Shown: in pieces, positions 51,501 to 59,566 of the stretch
Numbering within the stretch: position 1 is the stretch's first letter
Layout: each line of letters starts with the position of its first letter
From: Pseudomonadota bacterium
GTDB lineage: Bacteria; Myxococcota; JACRCW01; JAFGSX01
Direction: 5' to 3'
DNA length: 64,000 nt
Assembly: GCA_043821645.1 (NCBI GenBank)
Contig: JBDRCO010000065.1
Span: 1 to 64,000, forward strand
The notes under the pieces: generated by a model
The model's database searches: none
Told to the model about the DNA's origin: nothing
Seen by the model: the letters and a program-made list of their open reading frames with translations, nothing else
Translations under genes and position numbers: made by a program

Positions 51501-53906
51501 CCGGTCGCGCTTCGAGAGGTGGAGACCGCCTACACCAAGGCTGGCTTCGATGAGGGTCTGTATGCCCTGTACCTACGCGAGCGCGAGCTGCTGCCCGATG
51601 GTGCGCAGAAGCTCCACCTGACCCTGCGGCTGGCAGATCTGGCACTCGGCCCGATCCATCGAACCGAAGACGCGGTCCTGCTGCTCGAAGAAGCCGTGGC
51701 CGCGGACCCCACGTCGACGGTGGCGCTTCGCCGGCTCAAGGAGGCCTACCAGACCACGGGGCGGCCTCAGGATCAGCTTCGCGTGCTGGCCCTGGAGGCC
51801 GATGCCAGCCCGGATCCGCAAGCCGCGGTGCGCAGCTTGATGGAAGTGGGCCACCTGCAGGAGAGCCAGACCGGCGACAAGAATGCCGCGGCCGACTGCT
51901 ATCTCAAGGTCCTGGGCAAGGATCCCACCAACAGCGAGGCCTTCTCCAGAGCCGAGCATCTGCTGGGTGAACTCCAGCGTCCGGTCGAACTCGCCGCGCT
52001 GTATCACCGGCGCAGTGACGTCGTCGACGGCGTGGACTCCAAGATCGGACTCCTGCTGCGCGCCGCGGAGATCGAGAAGGGCACGCTCGAGAAGCCCGTG
52101 ACCGCCCTGGCGAGTTTCCGCGAGGTGCTGGCCCTGAGCCCCAAGCACGTGCCTGCCCTCGTCGGCACCGCGGACCTCGAACTCGCCCTGGAGCACCATG
52201 CCGAAGCTGCGGAGCTGTACACCCAGGTCGTGCAGACCACCGGCGACGCCGCGATCACTGGCCCCATCTTCGAACGACTGGGCGACCTGTACAGCGGTTC
52301 GCTCGCAGATCCGGGGCGCGCCGTGCAGGCCTACGTCGCAGCCATGAACGCCCGGCCCAACCAGCCCGGCGTGCTGCGCAAGCTCGGCGATCTGTACATC
52401 GCGCAGCAGGCCTGGCCACAAGCCTCGGACGTCCTGGCCAAGCGCCTGACCTTCGCTCCCGGCACCGAGGACAAGCTGGATACCTTGTTCAAGCTGGCCC
52501 AGGTGTGCGAGACCGGACTGAACAATCCGGCCCAGGCGGCGCAGTTCCTCGAGCAGGCCATCACCCTCAGTCCGTCGTCGCCACAGACCGTGGAGCGCCT
52601 GGCCGGGCTGTACCGGAGGTCCGGGGACTTCGCCTCCCTCGCCAGTGCCCTGACCCGCATGCTCAACAGCACGCCAGCCGAGCAACGGCAGACGCTGCTG
52701 CCGCTGTACCGGGAGCTGGCCGCGGTGTACGAGCAAAATCTCGGGCAGATCGACAAGGCGATCGATGTCTACCGCGCCCTGCTGGGTGTGGATCCAAGTG
52801 ACTCCGTCGCTCGCACCAAGCTGGCCACTCTCTTCGAGTCGCAGCCTGCCAGCCGCGACCGCGCCATCGAGGAGTACCGCAAGCTGGCCGAGGCCTCACC
52901 GGTCCAGGTGACGGCCTATCGCGGCCTGCGCAAGCTGTTCGATGCCGAGGGTGTCCACGACAAGAAGTACTGCGCCTGCGAGATCCTGGCGGTCCTGCGC
53001 AGCACAGATGAGGACGAGAGCTTCTTCTTCGAGGACAATCGCAACCGTGCACCACAGCAGCTGGACTACGGGCTCAGCGAGGAACAGCACGAGCAGTGGC
53101 TGGTACACCCCGACGAGCGCACCATCGTGCGCCGCATCGTCCGGGCATGCAGCACCGAGCTGAGCAAGGTCTTTCCCGCCGACCTGACCGCTTACCAGGT
53201 GACGCGGAACGACCGCATCACACCCAAGACCAATGACCCGCTGCGCGGTCTGTGCGACTCCCTGGCGCACGCCCTCACCGACAACCGCCTGAGCTTCGAC
53301 CTCTACCGCTGCCGGGCCAAAGCCCTCGCCCTGGCGGTGCAAAACACCGACCCGCCCAGCCTCATCGTCGGATCCGAGATCATTCGCCGGCACCCCACGC
53401 GCGAGCAGCGGTTCCTGGTGGGTTCCCAGCTCGAAGGTTTGATCTCGGGTCATCACCTGCTCGAGGGCATGGATGCCGTTGGTCTGGCAACCTTCATCTC
53501 GGCACTTGGCCTGGCCATCCAGAGTGGCTTCCCGCCCCTTCCTGGTGCCGGTGACGTCGAGGAACTGTCCAAGCGTGTCGCAAAGGCCCTGTCACGCGGC
53601 GCACGCAAGACGCTGGCCCCGCTCATCGCCGAGCTCGATCAAGGTCGCGCGCAGATCAACCTGCAACGCTACTTGCAGGCGACGGACCTGACCCGGGTAC
53701 GCGCCGGGATGCTGCTGGCAAACGACATCGAGTCTGCGCTCCGCCTGGTCGCCCGCGACCTGGGTGTGAACTACAGCCTCAATGACATCGATGCGCTCAA
53801 CCTCGTGCTGCTGCGTCAACCCCGCATGCGCGAGATCTTCGCCTTCTCGATCAGCGAGGATTACTTCTCGGCCCGGCGCGCGCTGCACGTCGCCATCGAC
53901 CTGTAG
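48564..53906 (+). CDS. Giant (about 1780 aa) cytoplasmic TPR protein of myxobacterial type
   Basis: GGAGG RBS; acidic disordered N-terminus; many A...Y..VL...P.Y.PA...L..LY repeats; C-terminal DR/RAG.LLAND...AL...F..SE.YF.AR..L domain. Confidence 0.85.
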   Translation: MSDPKNPNDHDEAAAAASSIEDKWFSQENQEVTADPAPGAATAVQSSTHSEPAAPRSFGVRPEEGAGGDSWSGESSGSAKIIVDESLMADSDVSSGFSIAPLRSAPATPLAPALPALPDERQPHIADAATQASAQERINVCEREAKAFAADRRAAPLWYEAGGLYEEILRNPRQAATCYQAAFTSDPTYTPVLHAARRLFSEIGNWPMVAHLVTAELRVVTEATAKAPLLVLRGHVLETKLSKDSDAEQSYREALDTLPTCAAAYDALQRRMLQQGRHGEWVELARASMERLPAGPLADRWALDIARVFESPLGDTAAALALYQRVLTGSPGHEEAARARVTALRRLGQDRELTEALVHVAGLSQGAARAVLLVEAARLYRARLEDMGTARNLLERARDASPRNLLVLRELSDLLSATSEHQALADVLLELATTLTDPRERAALYAELGRIFEERLSNEEKAIEQFQRVVELDPHYQPAVVSLGRLYFRHGRYADLVVLYDRELSELQDPLQRVPRLFKVAELLQFQMGDIDGALARYREILEIEPYYIPAQKAVTVLLNAGERWAELVALYENELQHTEDRDQKIFLLDRIGTLHEEKLGDIDKAIDAFERMLVIAPGYLPAIRTLGKLYASAELYADLIRIHDQEAQAIQDPKQVVALLFRTGEIYENHLGDADKAIEVYRKVLGLAPSYLPALKALGRLYHQRGLFRDLIDMNRQEIEVTSDPLQRASLLFKIGEMHEERLDEPDRAVEAYREVLREVPGFYPALRALARIMLSRGDAAGLAEVAKLECEILENPRERAVARCRAALIEEIPLGRDQDAQQTYQAALVDSPLLADAIEALIRIAQRQRDPEAVLEVLRTAADGSEGAQRLALLRRLASVQAHETRRPAEALASFRGILESSPEDVDALQGALHCALELRDYREAISWAERLAGRVPDPASAAALHLQVALWRSSHLDPPEDPTANFLRVLEYEPGNPVALREVETAYTKAGFDEGLYALYLRERELLPDGAQKLHLTLRLADLALGPIHRTEDAVLLLEEAVAADPTSTVALRRLKEAYQTTGRPQDQLRVLALEADASPDPQAAVRSLMEVGHLQESQTGDKNAAADCYLKVLGKDPTNSEAFSRAEHLLGELQRPVELAALYHRRSDVVDGVDSKIGLLLRAAEIEKGTLEKPVTALASFREVLALSPKHVPALVGTADLELALEHHAEAAELYTQVVQTTGDAAITGPIFERLGDLYSGSLADPGRAVQAYVAAMNARPNQPGVLRKLGDLYIAQQAWPQASDVLAKRLTFAPGTEDKLDTLFKLAQVCETGLNNPAQAAQFLEQAITLSPSSPQTVERLAGLYRRSGDFASLASALTRMLNSTPAEQRQTLLPLYRELAAVYEQNLGQIDKAIDVYRALLGVDPSDSVARTKLATLFESQPASRDRAIEEYRKLAEASPVQVTAYRGLRKLFDAEGVHDKKYCACEILAVLRSTDEDESFFFEDNRNRAPQQLDYGLSEEQHEQWLVHPDERTIVRRIVRACSTELSKVFPADLTAYQVTRNDRITPKTNDPLRGLCDSLAHALTDNRLSFDLYRCRAKALALAVQNTDPPSLIVGSEIIRRHPTREQRFLVGSQLEGLISGHHLLEGMDAVGLATFISALGLAIQSGFPPLPGAGDVEELSKRVAKALSRGARKTLAPLIAELDQGRAQINLQRYLQATDLTRVRAGMLLANDIESALRLVARDLGVNYSLNDIDALNLVLLRQPRMREIFAFSISEDYFSARRALHVAIDL

Positions 53907-53907
53907 C

Positions 53908-54633
53908 TCAGCCCGGGGGGCGGCGGACCTGCACGTAGGCCGTTCCTCGACCCCAGCTCAGCCAGACACGGCGCGCCGTGAGGAGTTCCCAGGCGTCTCC
54001 GTCGAGGGGGTGTGTCAGTGCGATCACGCGGCAACCCGCAGGGACGTGCGCCAGAAGGCTCGCGGTCAGGCGGCGGGACTCGCTCGACAGGCAGGTCCAG
54101 TTCAGGAGCACCACATCGGCCCCGGAGAGGTCGGCATCGCGCAGATCTCCCTCCTCGAGAAGGACCCCGGGCCACTGTGCGGGCGCCAGCATCATGCGCG
54201 CCGTGGCGATGCGCTCGTGAACGATCTCGACACCGCGACACCGCGCACCGAAGCCATGCGAGGCCAGCGCCAGGGCTCGACCCGTGCCACATCCCAGGTC
54301 GACGAACAGCGCACCGACATGCAGGTTCGCCACGGCCAGGAGACGACGCAAGGTGAGCCATGGCATTTCGCCGTAAGTGAGATCATCACCGCGGCCTGCC
54401 AGGCGGCGCAGTCGCAGGTGATCCGCGAAGCCTGCAGGACGATACGGCGACCAGCGAAAGCTCCAGGCGAGCAAACGCAGGTCCAGGACCAGGAGCCGGG
54501 GCGCCGTCAGAGATGCCCACACCAGATCCAGGGCGCGCAGACCCCCGCGGAGAAGCAGGGCACCGATCCGCGCCAGCGTCTCGCGATGGAGTGCCACCTG
54601 TTCCATGGGACGAGCCAGCAGGCGGCTGGTCAA
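53908..54633 (-). CDS. Class I SAM methyltransferase (DOT1-like)
   Basis: [20 protein letters not shown]...R, EGDL; TTGA overlap with upstream gene. Confidence 0.8.
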   Translation of the reverse strand: MTSRLLARPMEQVALHRETLARIGALLLRGGLRALDLVWASLTAPRLLVLDLRLLAWSFRWSPYRPAGFADHLRLRRLAGRGDDLTYGEMPWLTLRRLLAVANLHVGALFVDLGCGTGRALALASHGFGARCRGVEIVHERIATARMMLAPAQWPGVLLEEGDLRDADLSGADVVLLNWTCLSSESRRLTASLLAHVPAGCRVIALTHPLDGDAWELLTARRVWLSWGRGTAYVQVRRPPG

Positions 54634-55073
54634 CTCGAGGAGGTCGAGGGCTTCTTGCTGCGCGCTCCAGGCCGCGCTCGCTTGCGCGTTGCCGCAGGGG
54701 CCGCAGCATGCTCCGGAGCCTGTGTGCGCGACGGCTTGGCGACGTCCTTGCGCGGCGGCGTGGCGGAGCTCGGACTCCCGGGGCCGGTGCTCTTGGCCTC
54801 GGCCTTCCGGCGATGATAGCGCCACTGCTGGTAGTGCCTCGAGCACAGTCCATGCGCGATGACCCGGCTGTTGCAGCCAGGCTTGCGGCACACCCGGAAG
54901 CTGTGAACAGCGCTCTCCTTGCTCCCACGCCCCGACAGGTTGCGCTCGAGACGATCGATGCGCTGGTGCAGATCGCGGACCGCATCGGCCAGGGCCCGCC
55001 CGACCCGGGCATCGATCTCGGCGAGAAAAGCCTCCATCACGGACGAGATATCCAGTTTCTTCCGACGCGGCAT
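54630..55073 (-). CDS. Basic small protein with coiled coil + C-x4-C..C-x2-H zinc finger (Myxococcus VegA-like)
   Basis: CRKPGC....[13 protein letters not shown]; Lys/Arg/Pro-rich tail. Confidence 0.65.
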   Translation of the reverse strand: MPRRKKLDISSVMEAFLAEIDARVGRALADAVRDLHQRIDRLERNLSGRGSKESAVHSFRVCRKPGCNSRVIAHGLCSRHYQQWRYHRRKAEAKSTGPGSPSSATPPRKDVAKPSRTQAPEHAAAPAATRKRARPGARSKKPSTSSS

Positions 55074-55270
55074 GGTGCGTGTCCCTCTGTACGGAGGCTG
55101 GGCCCAGGCCCCGTGGCCCTTCACAAGTCCAGCAGGCTACTGATGGACGTTTCAGAAGTCAAACCGACTGCTGAAGATCGCGACGCCCTCCCCAGGACAG
55201 GAATGGCACGAACCACGGAACTTCGAGGAGAGCGCAGGAACGAAACCGTGACGACGGACCAGCGGAGCGA

Positions 55271-55648
55271 TCAGGCCTGGGTTGCGGCAGCGTTGTCACC
55301 GACCAGCTCGATGACCGAGATGGGTGCTGCATCGCCCCGACGCTGTCCGATCTTGATGATCCGGGTGTATCCGCCCTGGCGGCCACGGAAACGCTCACCG
55401 AGGTCCGCGAAGAGCTTGTGCAGGACCTCGTTGTCACGCACCCAGGTGAAGGCCTGGCGCCGTGCGTGGAGATCGCCGCGCTTGCCGAGCGTGATCAGTT
55501 TCTCGGCCACGCGCCGCAGCTCCTTGGCCTTGGCGTCGGTGGTCTCGATGCGCTCATGCCGGAACAGCGAGGTCACCATGTTGCGGAACATGGCCTTGCG
55601 GTGCGAGCTGTTGCGGTTGAGTTTGCGACCCTTCTTGAGATGGCGCAT
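55271..55648 (-). CDS. rplQ: 50S ribosomal protein L17
   Basis: [34 protein letters not shown]. Confidence 0.99.
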   Translation of the reverse strand: MRHLKKGRKLNRNSSHRKAMFRNMVTSLFRHERIETTDAKAKELRRVAEKLITLGKRGDLHARRQAFTWVRDNEVLHKLFADLGERFRGRQGGYTRIIKIGQRRGDAAPISVIELVGDNAAATQA

Positions 55649-55699
55649 GACACACTATCCTCGGGCACTCGGGCCCCTCGACCTTCTCGCCAGAGGCGC

Positions 55700-56707
55700 T
55701 CAGGCCGGGTTGGTCGTCTTCAACGGGACATTCTTGGGCGGCCAGTTCTCCAGCTTCATGCCCAGGCCGAGTCCCATCTCGGACAGGATCTCCTTGATCT
55801 CCTTGAGCGACTTTCGACCAAAATTCTTGGTCTTGAGCATCTCGCTCTCGGACTTCTGCACCAGGTCGCCAATGAGCTTGATGTTGGCGTTCTGAAGGCA
55901 GTTGGCGGAACGAACACTGAGCTCCAGCTCGTCGACACTGCGCATGAGGTTGTCGTTGAAGACTTCCTCGCGCGGCTCCAGCTCCGGCAGCTCGGGCTCG
56001 ATCTCCTCGGGGAAATTGATGAAGATCGTGACCTGCTCCTTGAGGATCTTGGCCGCGATGCCCACCGAGTCCTCGGGCTTGACCGAGCCATCGGTCCACA
56101 CCTCGAGGGTCAACTTCTCGAAGTCGGTGCGCTGGCCCACGCGGGCGTGGGTCACCGTGAAGTTGCACTTGCGCACGGGAGAGAACAGCGCGTCGACGGG
56201 GATGGTGTCGACGGCGTGGCCCTCCTCGCGGAACTGCGAGGCCGGCACGTAGCCACGACCACGCTTGACCGTGAGGTCGATCTTGAGCGCTCCACCCTCC
56301 GCCACGGTGGCGATGTGGTGATCGGCGTTGAGCAGCGTGATGCCATCGTCGTGGATGATATCCGCAGCGCGCACCTCGCAGGGGCCCTTGACGTCGATGC
56401 GGGCCGAGCGTTGCTCGTACCCGTTGAGCTTCACCTCGACCTCCTTGAGGTTGAGGATGATGTCCGCCACGTCCTCGCTGACGTCGGGGATCACCGTGAA
56501 CTCGTGCAGCGCCCCCTCGATGCGGGCGGCGGTGATGGCCGCGCCCTGCAGGGAGGACAGCAGAACGCGTCGCAGGGAGTTGCCCAGCGTCTGGCCATAA
56601 CCCCGCTCAAGGGGCTCGGCCACAAACTTGCCATATCGTTCGGTCAGGCTGTCGCGGTCCACGACGACGGCCTTGGGCTTGATCAGATCGCGCCAGTTGC
56701 GGTGCAT
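55700..56707 (-). CDS. rpoA: RNA polymerase subunit alpha
   Basis: [44 protein letters not shown]. Confidence 0.99.
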   Translation of the reverse strand: MHRNWRDLIKPKAVVVDRDSLTERYGKFVAEPLERGYGQTLGNSLRRVLLSSLQGAAITAARIEGALHEFTVIPDVSEDVADIILNLKEVEVKLNGYEQRSARIDVKGPCEVRAADIIHDDGITLLNADHHIATVAEGGALKIDLTVKRGRGYVPASQFREEGHAVDTIPVDALFSPVRKCNFTVTHARVGQRTDFEKLTLEVWTDGSVKPEDSVGIAAKILKEQVTIFINFPEEIEPELPELEPREEVFNDNLMRSVDELELSVRSANCLQNANIKLIGDLVQKSESEMLKTKNFGRKSLKEIKEILSEMGLGLGMKLENWPPKNVPLKTTNPA

Positions 56708-56772
56708 ACGTTTCGCCTCCAGCCAGGGTCCACGGCGCGGCCACCCGTTGGCCGCCCCCAGGAACGACCTCG

Positions 56773-57399
56773 CTACTTGCTATAGAGCTCGACGATGAGC
56801 TGCTCCTGCATGGGCATGGTCAGCTCTTCGCGTGCGGGGTAGGCCTTGACCGTGGCGGTCATCTGCTCGCGGTTGAGCTCTATCCACGACGGCATGCCAC
56901 GGCGCTCGGCGGTCTCCAGGTTGGCGACGATGGTCACCAGTTGCTTGGAGCGCTCGCGCAGGGTCACCACGTCGCCGACCTTGAGCTGCAGCGAGGGGAT
57001 GGTGACCTTCTTGGCGTTGACCCGGAAATGACCGTGCCGGACCAGCTGCCGGGCCTCGGCGCGGGTCGAGGCAAAGCCCATCCGGAACACCATGTTGTCC
57101 ATGCGCCGTTCGAGCATGGTCAGCAGGTTCTCGCCGGTGTGGCCCTTTTGGCGCGCGGCGCGCTGGTAGTAGAGCCTGAACTGGCGTTCGAGCATGCCAT
57201 AGATGCGCTTGACCTTTTGCTTCTCGCGCAGCTGGATGCCGTAGTCCGTGAACTTCTTGCGAGACTGCCCGTGCTGGCCTGGCGGATAGGGTCGCCGCTC
57301 GATGGCGCAGCGGTCGCTGTAGCAGCGATCGCCCTTGAGCATGAGCTTCATGTTCTCGCGCCTGCACAGGCGGCAGGATGACTCGGTATACCGTGCCAC
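56773..57399 (-). CDS. rpsD: 30S ribosomal protein S4 (Zn-binding C+ type)
   Basis: CRLCRRE...C...[27 protein letters not shown]. Confidence 0.99.
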   Translation of the reverse strand: MARYTESSCRLCRRENMKLMLKGDRCYSDRCAIERRPYPPGQHGQSRKKFTDYGIQLREKQKVKRIYGMLERQFRLYYQRAARQKGHTGENLLTMLERRMDNMVFRMGFASTRAEARQLVRHGHFRVNAKKVTIPSLQLKVGDVVTLRERSKQLVTIVANLETAERRGMPSWIELNREQMTATVKAYPAREELTMPMQEQLIVELYSK

Positions 57400-57576
57400 T
57401 GTTCGACTCCTTGGTCGCGAGCACGAGCGCCCGCGCGTTCTTGGGAGCCCGGATATGCCACAGGTGGTGGCAACCCTTGACTGGACTCCCGGCTCGACCC
57501 AACGGCTACCCCCGAGGGCAGCTCAGGACGTCACGAGGATGGGTCGAGCTCCATTCCCCACGACGTGGAAACCAGA

Positions 57577-57963
57577 TCAGACGCGGCGCTTCTTGGGAGG
57601 CCGGCACCCGTTGTGCGGGATGGGTGTGCAGTCCCGGATCAGCGAGATCTTCATGCCCGAGTTGGCCAGGGCGCGCAGCGCGGCCTCACGACCGGCGCCG
57701 GGACCCTTGACGTAGACGGCCAGCTGCCGCATGCCGTGGTCCATGGCCTTGCGCGAGGCGTCCTCGGCCGCGATCTGAGCGGCAAAGGGGGTGGACTTGC
57801 GCGAGCCCTTGAAGCCCCGGGACCCCGCGCTGGACCACGAGATGGCCGCACCAGACACGTCGGTGATGGTGATCACCGTGTTGTTGAAGGTCGCCTGGAT
57901 GTGGGCGATGCCACTTTGCACGTTCTTCTTGACGCGCTTCTTTTGCTTGCCTGGCTGAGCCAT
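57577..57963 (-). CDS. rpsK: 30S ribosomal protein S11
   Basis: [34 protein letters not shown]. Confidence 0.99.
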   Translation of the reverse strand: MAQPGKQKKRVKKNVQSGIAHIQATFNNTVITITDVSGAAISWSSAGSRGFKGSRKSTPFAAQIAAEDASRKAMDHGMRQLAVYVKGPGAGREAALRALANSGMKISLIRDCTPIPHNGCRPPKKRRV

Positions 57964-58016
57964 CGAAACCCTGCCTCCCGGTCACGCCCTCTCGGAGCGC
58001 CACGACCGCGTTGAGT

Positions 58017-58385
58017 CTACTTGCCCTTGCGGCCGATGCTGCGCTTCGGGCCCTTGCGGGTCCGCGCGTTGGTGTGCGTGCGCTGTCCACGGCAGGGCAG
58101 CCCGCGGCGATGCCGCAGCCCGCGATAACAGCCGAGGTCCATCAGCCGCTTGATGCTCATCGAGATGTCGCGCCGCAGATCACCCTCGACCTTGAACTTG
58201 GCCTCGATGATGTCGCGGATGCGCACGATCTCGTCGTCACCGAGGACATCGGTACGCTTGTTCGATGCGATACCGGCCTCAGCCAGGATCTTCTGTGACG
58301 AGGTGCGGCCAATGCCGTAGATGTAGGTCAGCGCCGTCTCGACTTGCTTGTTTCGCGGAAGGTCGACGCCTGCAATGCGTGCCAT
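58017..58385 (-). CDS. rpsM: 30S ribosomal protein S13
   Basis: [34 protein letters not shown]. Confidence 0.99.
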   Translation of the reverse strand: MARIAGVDLPRNKQVETALTYIYGIGRTSSQKILAEAGIASNKRTDVLGDDEIVRIRDIIEAKFKVEGDLRRDISMSIKRLMDLGCYRGLRHRRGLPCRGQRTHTNARTRKGPKRSIGRKGK

Positions 58386-58415
58386 GCTCGTTGCTCCACG
58401 TCCCTCGCCGGGGGC

Positions 58416-58529
58416 TTAGCCCTGGCGCTGCTTGTGCCGGGGGTTATCGCAGATCACACGCACGACGCCACGACGCCGGATGATCTTGCACTTGTCGCAG
58501 ATCTTTTTCACCGATGCGCGCACCTTCAT
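58416..58529 (-). CDS. rpmJ: 50S ribosomal protein L36 (below the ORF-track cutoff)
   Basis: Translated by hand: [45 protein letters not shown]. Confidence 0.98.
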   Translation of the reverse strand: MKVRASVKKICDKCKIIRRRGVVRVICDNPRHKQRQG

Positions 58530-58600
58530 CTGCTCCTCCAAACCGCCAAAAATCCCTTATATTTCAAGCAATTACAGCTTTATTCCGCAAAGAGTGGCGC

Positions 58601-58629
58601 AACATAGCAAACGCCACGCCGACTTGCAA
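58601..58629 (-). promoter_or_regulatory. sigma70 promoter of the rpmJ-alpha operon
   Basis: Minus strand TTGCAA, 17 bp, TATGTT with an extended -10 TG. Confidence 0.65.
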
Positions 58630-58959
58630 GCCCCTTGTTTCTGGGCCCTCTTTGAGGGCTGGGCCATCCCGGGATCTGCAAGGCCGGGGCACGCTAGGTG
58701 GGTGGTCCACGAATGGCAAGCGCTATCCGTCATTGTCCACCATGTTGTGTGCCAAGCGCCGAGCGGTGGACGCGTGAGTGTGGACCATGGCGCTGGCTCC
58801 CCGGATCCCCTGGGCACCCAGCCACCACGGAAGACCGTTGTTTTTGCCCGGTATCTCGCGGCGGATGTGCTGAAATGCCGTGGTCCCTGGGGCCAGGTGA
58901 CCCCGCGGCTGCGCGCCCAGACTCCTGACGAATAGTGGCTGTCCCACGCGTTTCAGGCT

Positions 58960-59559
58960 TTGATCGAAGACGAAAGGCGCGCGATGGGCCAGGACTCTCG
59001 GCACAGGCTCGATCCAGCCGCCTGGCTGGACAAGTATGGCGACCAGCTGTTTCGCCAGGCGCTGGTGCGCGTCCAGCGCGCCGACGTGGCCGAGGACCTG
59101 GTCCAGGAGACCCTGCTGGCGGGTCTGCTCGGCCGAGAAAGCTTTCGCGGTGACGCCACTGAGTTGAGCTGGCTGCGCGGCATCCTCAAGCACAAGATCA
59201 TCGACCACTTTCGCCGTCAGACCCAGCAGGCGGTCGACGACAAGGCCGCGGATCCCACGCAGGTACTTTTTGATGGTGCAGGACGCTGGGCCCGGGCACC
59301 CACGGCCTGGGACCAGGGAGCCGAGGCGGTGATAGGCAACATGGAGTTCTGGAATACCCTCACCCGCTGTCTTGCAGGGCTGCCGGGCTCTCAGGCTGGA
59401 GTGTTCGTGCTGCGTGAGATCGACGGCTACAGCAGTGAGGAAGTGTGTAAGACTTTGGGAATCTCGCCGACCAACATGTGGGTGCGCCTGCATCGGGCAC
59501 GCCTGCGTTTGAGGCATTGCCTCGAAGCCAACTGGTTCGGACGCGCAGCGGGGTCGTGA
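58960..59559 (+). CDS. ECF sigma factor (TIGR02943/ECF13-like)
   Basis: AEDLVQET.LA, WL.GILKHKIIDHFR, F.LRE..G....EVC..L.IS.TN.WV.LHRARL.LR.CLE..WF; start 58960 or 58984. Confidence 0.92.
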   Translation: MIEDERRAMGQDSRHRLDPAAWLDKYGDQLFRQALVRVQRADVAEDLVQETLLAGLLGRESFRGDATELSWLRGILKHKIIDHFRRQTQQAVDDKAADPTQVLFDGAGRWARAPTAWDQGAEAVIGNMEFWNTLTRCLAGLPGSQAGVFVLREIDGYSSEEVCKTLGISPTNMWVRLHRARLRLRHCLEANWFGRAAGS

Positions 59560-59566
59560 TCAGGCC

